Shown in pieces: positions 58,901 through 64,000 of a stretch of DNA of 64,000 bases. Every line of letters starts with the position of its first letter. Within the stretch, counting starts at the first letter, position 1. The position numbers were made by a program, and so were the translations under genes. This DNA is from a virus (lineage: Duplodnaviria > Heunggongvirae > Uroviricota > Caudoviricetes > Crassvirales). Where the stretch lies: positions 8,322-72,321 of the IMG/VR virus record IMGVR_UViG_3300027816_000067; one strand, given 5' to 3'. The notes beneath the pieces were generated by a model. It saw only the letters and a list, made by a program, of their open reading frames with translations. It was not told where the DNA came from and searched no databases.

Positions 58901-61900
58901 TAAGTAGGTACTACCAGCTTTTCTTTCATATAAAGATAATTTCTTAAAAATAGAATCAATACCAAGTTTAAGAGTTTCTATATTATCGTTAATGTCTTTT
59001 TCAGAACTTAACTTATAAAATACCTCTCCAATTTTAATATTTCTGTTAGTAAATATATTGGTATTACCAGCTAATATTTGTTCTGCAATATATTCTGTAA
59101 TACTATTTACTTCTTTATTAAAATCAGCTATATCTACTTTTCTAAAAATACCAATAAATCTGTTCCATAAAGCTTCTAAGAATTGAAGTACTACGTTATT
59201 AGTGTTTTTTCTAGTTTCATTATACCGCTTAACAATAGCTTTTCCTATAAGTTTACCAATCGTTTCTCTTTTTAAAGTAGTTATATCTCCAGCATAAATC
59301 TCTCCATATTCATTTACTACTTCTTTATACTCGGCAGTATTTTGAACTAAACCCATTAAACTATCGTGAAAAGATGTTCCTCTAGTAAATGCTTCTGCAA
59401 AGTGTCCAATTTCTTCAGGAAGAGTATTTACATTTTCTTTATTTTGTGAAATAAGAATAAGTTTATTGTAAATATCCGCAGCACCAGCAGCATCTATACC
59501 TAATCTAGATTTAAGATTTTCGTGTGCTTCTACTTTAATTCCTAAAGAACTAGCAAATGTTTTTAATATATTATTAAGATTTTCATCTGCTTTCTTAACG
59601 TTTTGTTGAGAATTTTCTAAAGAATATAAAGTTGTATAATCATAATCTACATCGAAGTAGCTGTCAGCATTAATAGATTTGATTTTGTTAGAAGGTATAT
59701 TTGTTTCAGCAGGATTTAATTTATCAAACTCTACAATATGGTTTTCATATCCTAGATTTTCCTGAATATTAAATACAGTTTCATTATTTTTAGTAGTTCC
59801 ACTATATTTAAAAGTATAGGTGATACCGTTACTATTTTCGTATAAAAACCGATTACGTATTACTTTCCCTTCTTCATCATAAATACCTAAACTTCTACTT
59901 TTAGCTTCGTCAAATTTCATACTAGTAACAAAACCACCTTTATTCTTTTTTGTTACAGTTACATCTTCTTTTTTCAAAGTTTGAAGTAAAGTATTATAAG
60001 TACTTTTATGTCTATATATTTGATCTAAATAATTTGCAATTAAATGCGTACTATCTTTTTCATTTTGTAATCTATATACAAAATCTCGATAAGAAACATC
60101 CTCTTTATTTCTTAGGTTTTCTAAGAAATTAATAGGAGTTAGATGAGAAAATCCAGTATATTTAAATCCTAAATATGTAGTAAAAAAAGCATAGTTTAAT
60201 AAATCATTGGCCATTCCTTTAATCTCTACATTATCAGAACCTAACATAGATTCCCAAGCATCTTGTAATCGCTCTATCTGCTCATTACTAATAGTAGCAG
60301 CAGAAGTAAACTCAATTCTTTGTAGGTTATTAAACGAACTCTTACTTTTAACAGCAAGATATTTAATCAATTCTAATTCAGGATATTTTTTCTTTAATGC
60401 TACAAATTTAGCAGGGTATTCATTTATATAATATAATTTTTTAGTCTCATCAAAGAAACTAAAATCACTTATATAAAAATGAATAAAGTTATTAAATACA
60501 TAATTTATTTCATCTGCTGTTAATTCTTGACCTTTATTATTTTCTAAAACATTAACTAATGTCTTAAATAGTTTTCCATTATAAGGAAAATATCTAGATA
60601 GTATCTCCTCTTGTGGTTTTTTAACACCGTATTCAATAGATATATCAATTAAAGGAATATTTAAAACTGAATCAATTCCAGTTAAAGATTTTAGTTTACT
60701 TACATTACCAACACTTTCTAAAAAATGAGTATTTTCTGCAAGAGTTTTACCTACACCATTAGTATCTGCTTTTGAAGCTTTAATTAAAGCAGATAATTGT
60801 TTGCCTGTTTTTCTTAATTCTAAGAAAGTTTCTAAAACTTTAGCTTGTAATAGTGCTGCTTTACGTTTTGCAGTAGGATCAGGAATATTAGCAAGACTCA
60901 CAAAAGATTTTCCTAATTCTTTTGTACTTAAATCATACATTTTAGATTTAGGATAATCTCCAATAATTTTTGTAAGTTGTTGCCGTAAATCTGTTACAAT
61001 CTTATCAACTTTTGCTTCTGACTTATTTTGATTATTATATTGATTAACTAGATTTTTTAAGATAGATTGATTAATAAAATACATCGCTGTTTTTAAACTA
61101 AATCCAGCACGTATAATTAAAGCAACACTATCAAAAGTAAATAAGTTAAGATTTAAACCAGTTGCTACGGGGTCTTTTGCTGTATCTACAAACGCACCTA
61201 AAAATTCTGCTAAGTTTTGACCTACTGATCTTCCTTGCTCTGTTGTTTCCGTAGTATGTAAAGAAGATCTTCTTTCTCCGTCAAAACTAATTGATTGTGT
61301 TAAACCAAGTTTAGAATATTGAGTAAGAGCATGACTACTATTGTGATTAGCAGCAAGACCAATTAAATTCCCACCATTACTATTGATATCAAAATATTTA
61401 CTTTCTGTTCTTGGTAATATAATATTATCTTGACGTATCAACGCTCCATAAGAATCTCTTATTTCATTATGTAGAGTTTTTAAAGTATCAAATCCACCTG
61501 GAGTTAATACTTTACTCGACATATCAGGATGAGAATATATACTGTTTATAATATCTAATAATGCATTATCTCTCTGAACTTTAGATAAAGTTTCAGGTTT
61601 ATCTAAATTATATTTTACTTTTCTTAACTTCCAATTTACTTCTTCTAGAGTAGGAAGAATAGTGTAAATTTTATCAATATCGAAGTCTTCACCAGCAATA
61701 GTAGTAATATCATAAGGTAGTAAAGCAACACTACCCATAATATCGGGAGTAAATCCTACAATTTTCATTTTTTTAATAGAGTACCATCCTTCTGTGGGAA
61801 TACGATAGCCTATTAATTCTAATACTTCTGGAGATTCTTTTTGAAGCTGTTCAATATCTACTTCACCTTTCTTATCTTTTAATTCAAAAAACTTACGAGT

Positions 61901-64000
61901 ATAAGCAGGAAGCATTACTTCCATATACTCTACTCCACCTTCTTTATTTTTTACTATTTTTAATTTCTTATCTAATCCCCAACTAGAAACCAAAGTAAGA
62001 GAAGCACCAGCAATTTTTTGTTTTGTAACATTATTACGAATAACAGCATTTAAAATATTTTGTGTTCTTCTACCATGAATAGGATCAAATAGAGGAATAT
62101 TAAATATTTTATTACCTTCTTGATCAATTACAATTTTTAAAGCTTCGGCATAAGACTCACTTAGACCACGATCTCTAACTTGTTCTAATAGCAATTTTTG
62201 AACACTTTCAATGGTCTGAAATTCACCAGATAGAGTATTATAAGATTCTATAATATTATCTGTTAATAGTTTTTGATAGGTTTTGAATAATTCTTGTTTA
62301 TTCATACCCATAATTTCAATATTATCAGGAATTTCAGATAAAGCTAATTTCTTAAACTGAGTTCCAAGTAATACTTCAATATCTAAATGTTTAGCTGGTA
62401 CTCTTTGCTGAATACCATAATCCTTATTATTTAAGATGTGAATAACTGGTTTTGCACCTTTTAAAAATTCTTCTACTGTTACTGCACCGTATTCTCCTAC
62501 TTTAACAGCAGAGTCTGCAAATTGAATTTCATCAATATTATTAGCATCCATGTAATCCAGTAATTTTTTTAATACTGGATTTTCTTTAGCCATAGCTGGC
62601 GTAAGTAATGCTTGGCTGTTTTTATGCTGTACTGGTATAATTATATCAGTACCATCTATATTTTCGTGTGTAAATGCAAAAGGCTTTATAGAAGATGGTA
62701 GAAAATTAGAAAATCCTGTACTCCATGCTCCTTTCTGTGCTTTTTGATAAGTAGATTCGTGTTGATCTGTCCATTTACCAATACCAATCATTATGTTTTT
62801 ATATCTATTTAAACGAATAAATGATTGAGCATCTGTAACATTTACATTTTTAAATAGTTCTGTATCTTCTTTAACATCTTTTAAATAAATACTTTTATAA
62901 TATTGTCCAACACCAGTACCATCTTTCCAAACAGCAGTAGTATCTAGTCTATCTGTTAATTTATAAATTTGACCATTACGTTTTTGAAATGTAATAGAAT
63001 CTTTATAGAAAGATAGATCAATAGATGTTAATTGAATAATATTAACATTAGCGTGAACTTTATTATAAAAATAATCTTTTAAATTATCTACTAAATTACC
63101 ATTACTAGTTACAAAAAACGAAGTTTGATCTCCTTTTATTACTTCTAATGTAGTTAAACGATCTAGTTCTATTTTAAATTCTTCATTTAACCAATTAGTA
63201 ATAGCTTCTTTAGCAGCTTTTATATTATTAATATCTATATTAGGATCGTTAAAGATAGTTAAAAACTGATATTCTTTACCTCTAGTTTCCCAATGTTTAA
63301 TACCTAATTCTTTATAAGTATCTACTTTTTCAATTCTTTCTTTTTCTGCTAAAGCTACTTGATATAAGTTATCTACTATTTCTTGCTTAGTATATTTTTT
63401 AAATCTAATAGTAGGTGAAGTAGGACTATCAGAAAGAATTGGTACTCTGTAATATGCAAATTTTCCAGAATTAAACAAAGCAATATCTGATATTGCTAAA
63501 TCTTTTTCTGTCATTTTACTAAATGCCGTACCTTTATTAGTGTCAAATAAATTAATTCCATTAAGAATAGCTAGACTAAAATTCTCTCTTAATTCATAAT
63601 TTTCTTCTTTATCTAAATCATTTAAAAAAGCATTAGATTTAAACCACCAGTTTTCTAGTAATTGTTTTCTATTATTATTTTTCTTTAAATCAGTAATTAA
63701 ATTAGATAAGAAAGTAGGAAGTGCGTAACTATATACTTGTTCACCTTCAATGTTAATTACAGAATCTAAATGTAATTGAAGACTATTTGAAGCAACAGTT
63801 GTAGATACGCTTATAAGAGAAGATGATTCGGCTGTGTCTCCTTCATAAGGATTAATACTTGCTGTAATAGAAGTTAAAATAGTAGTTAAAGAACGAGGTC
63901 CGCCTATAAAATTATATAAATTTTCAACAGCTGTAAGTCCTTCAGTACTATAATAAGTGGGTCTTTCTATAAACTCATTTATAAATACTTTAGGAGAGAT
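55943..64000 (-). CDS. Giant protein (at least 2685 aa; N-terminus beyond the window), candidate virion-associated/ejected protein with an RNA-polymerase-like DFDID motif
   Basis: The ORF track starts it at 63514 (2523 aa), but the same frame stays open with no stop through 63515-64000. That is a further 162 codons, which I translated by eye (...NWWFKSNAFLNDLDKEENYELRENFSLAILNGINLFDTNKGTAFSK-MTEKDL), so the gene continues past the window. Residues ~606-614 (track numbering) read IAGEDFDIDKIY, a hydrophobic strand followed by an Asp triad. Confidence 0.85.
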   Translation of the reverse strand: MSPKVFINEFIERPTYYSTEGLTAVENLYNFIGGPRSLTTILTSITASINPYEGDTAESSSLISVSTTVASNSLQLHLDSVINIEGEQVYSYALPTFLSNLITDLKKNNNRKQLLENWWFKSNAFLNDLDKEENYELRENFSLAILNGINLFDTNKGTAFSKMTEKDLAISDIALFNSGKFAYYRVPILSDSPTSPTIRFKKYTKQEIVDNLYQVALAEKERIEKVDTYKELGIKHWETRGKEYQFLTIFNDPNIDINNIKAAKEAITNWLNEEFKIELDRLTTLEVIKGDQTSFFVTSNGNLVDNLKDYFYNKVHANVNIIQLTSIDLSFYKDSITFQKRNGQIYKLTDRLDTTAVWKDGTGVGQYYKSIYLKDVKEDTELFKNVNVTDAQSFIRLNRYKNIMIGIGKWTDQHESTYQKAQKGAWSTGFSNFLPSSIKPFAFTHENIDGTDIIIPVQHKNSQALLTPAMAKENPVLKKLLDYMDANNIDEIQFADSAVKVGEYGAVTVEEFLKGAKPVIHILNNKDYGIQQRVPAKHLDIEVLLGTQFKKLALSEIPDNIEIMGMNKQELFKTYQKLLTDNIIESYNTLSGEFQTIESVQKLLLEQVRDRGLSESYAEALKIVIDQEGNKIFNIPLFDPIHGRRTQNILNAVIRNNVTKQKIAGASLTLVSSWGLDKKLKIVKNKEGGVEYMEVMLPAYTRKFFELKDKKGEVDIEQLQKESPEVLELIGYRIPTEGWYSIKKMKIVGFTPDIMGSVALLPYDITTIAGEDFDIDKIYTILPTLEEVNWKLRKVKYNLDKPETLSKVQRDNALLDIINSIYSHPDMSSKVLTPGGFDTLKTLHNEIRDSYGALIRQDNIILPRTESKYFDINSNGGNLIGLAANHNSSHALTQYSKLGLTQSISFDGERRSSLHTTETTEQGRSVGQNLAEFLGAFVDTAKDPVATGLNLNLFTFDSVALIIRAGFSLKTAMYFINQSILKNLVNQYNNQNKSEAKVDKIVTDLRQQLTKIIGDYPKSKMYDLSTKELGKSFVSLANIPDPTAKRKAALLQAKVLETFLELRKTGKQLSALIKASKADTNGVGKTLAENTHFLESVGNVSKLKSLTGIDSVLNIPLIDISIEYGVKKPQEEILSRYFPYNGKLFKTLVNVLENNKGQELTADEINYVFNNFIHFYISDFSFFDETKKLYYINEYPAKFVALKKKYPELELIKYLAVKSKSSFNNLQRIEFTSAATISNEQIERLQDAWESMLGSDNVEIKGMANDLLNYAFFTTYLGFKYTGFSHLTPINFLENLRNKEDVSYRDFVYRLQNEKDSTHLIANYLDQIYRHKSTYNTLLQTLKKEDVTVTKKNKGGFVTSMKFDEAKSRSLGIYDEEGKVIRNRFLYENSNGITYTFKYSGTTKNNETVFNIQENLGYENHIVEFDKLNPAETNIPSNKIKSINADSYFDVDYDYTTLYSLENSQQNVKKADENLNNILKTFASSLGIKVEAHENLKSRLGIDAAGAADIYNKLILISQNKENVNTLPEEIGHFAEAFTRGTSFHDSLMGLVQNTAEYKEVVNEYGEIYAGDITTLKRETIGKLIGKAIVKRYNETRKNTNNVVLQFLEALWNRFIGIFRKVDIADFNKEVNSITEYIAEQILAGNTNIFTNRNIKIGEVFYKLSSEKDINDNIETLKLGIDSIFKKLSLYERKAGSTYLQREKDIFDKLIKDLNKEKYELGLLRYLANARIELDTVAKRYNQIGEIIKNGIPETLEEKRELINTLRSAQNYVLGFESTLEKLATDKPFTNNSINVKASDTYVTTQALKNNYLKLGKTLLADIFKSFSSNPKLKQDMEKALEVLEKDISFTQRGLDALAESGDPILKIIDIIVKDSLNNYRVPLLEKAKSIVDMQQELEKAGIKSTNWMYERDFAGNLSGRMISKWNVAEYNKAKSAFFKSIGPKPEDAFKQREWNRKVAEWFSINTQVNPNYKEVLENKKKEFITRYGQRIGIREYNAWVAKNSTEIYNPESGERELRYIKELAVPSDKYLSRQFAEIENNPALKAYYDKYTNLLKEVESQLPEAYKLFGYMPQVRKDFFERLAFVDKNGERTLKSPKDYLNEGKETILEAFKKQAGDDIEFGLTKLTDEKGNPVNFVPMFYTRPIDPTQLSTDASSSLIALVNSAYNYQAISKVVDMVELSKDILIEREILTGTFDPITYFKKEGEKGKQITIKGENSKAFARYQDYMEMVIYGNEKKDEKFAKLADTLNKYTSLSSLALNVYAGVANLAYGNIMTRMEAFAGELITNKDLLEADKIYLSELPSTLKDIGARNVSNKLSLWSEYHNTLQDYNRELRDANTGRTNWFSRMFTQSSLYFMNRSGEHYMQLKSSLALAQRIKVKDTEGNIMTLWEAYDVVNVGTEENPSYRLKLKEGLTKVGGEKATDLFKKEENGKPLTQKDVNRFINRQNFLNKRLHGIYNDIDKAAVHRYAIGRMGLLFRKWMKPGWNRRFEKLTYNEEGEIYTEGYYTTLWRVLKRSILELTELKDTLGTTDETIKAVEKANLIRVATEFSFMLATAAIASLATAYADDEDNWVAAFIAYEALRIHSELQFYSNPQEAIRLARSPLPAIRQIEKLQRLIEVWNWNDEMEKGKYKGLKNYEIIGIELVPFAGTYYNARTPEEQLKFFSNNPPVLVSLTNTIIE

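Noticed and set aside
63512-63514. Start codon of the giant protein as given by the ORF track (implying a separate upstream gene in 63515-64000)
   Set aside because: Translating 63515-64000 on the minus strand in the same frame gives 162 sense codons with no stop, running directly into MTEKDL. The true start is beyond the window, so there is no separate upstream gene here.
1-64000. CRISPR arrays, integrase/att sites, transposases
   Set aside because: No regularly spaced direct repeats with unique spacers, and no tyrosine/serine recombinase-like ORF or IS-like inverted repeats, were seen. The tRNA-like elements are not accompanied by an integrase, so an attP interpretation is unsupported.

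Overview
The window reads as an AT-rich tailed dsDNA phage genome or prophage-free phage segment. The gene complement and AT bias suggest a Bacteroidota (Flavobacteriia-type) host and a crAss-like / Crassvirales-like organisation, but I cannot confirm that without searches. Layout: (1) 1-12945, minus strand, is a late/structural block: a partial collagen-like tail fibre, several structural proteins, a putative major capsid protein, a scaffold-like acidic coiled-coil protein, a putative portal and the large terminase subunit. (2) 12945-17554, minus strand, holds small genes including several Cys4 zinc-ribbon proteins and a HAD-family phosphatase. (3) 17555-19600 is a divergent non-coding hub with a C9 run, direct repeats, a hairpin, a GC-richer 87-aa ORF, and two tandem 149-nt tRNA-like elements that carry large insertions. 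(4) 19603-54512, plus strand, is a replication and nucleotide-metabolism block: family A DNA polymerase with proofreading exonuclease, ATP-dependent ligase, SF2 helicase, DnaB-like helicase, AAA_24/Sak4-like ATPase, SSB-like protein, TOPRIM primase, ThyX, dNMP-kinase-like protein, family-1 uracil-DNA glycosylase and a MazG-like protein. It is interrupted by a tmRNA gene, a tRNA-Leu(UAA), a roughly 1.5 kb ORF-free region, several strong intrinsic terminators, an Ala/Tyr tandem-repeat protein, a histone-H1-like basic protein, and a lipoprotein followed by an SPFH-domain gene. (5) After a convergent bidirectional terminator, 54604-64000 on the minus strand carries a calcineurin-like metallophosphoesterase and a giant protein of at least 2685 aa, whose ORF runs off the window edge and contains a DFDID motif. 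Functional calls rest on motifs read directly from the ORF translations and should be treated as hypotheses.
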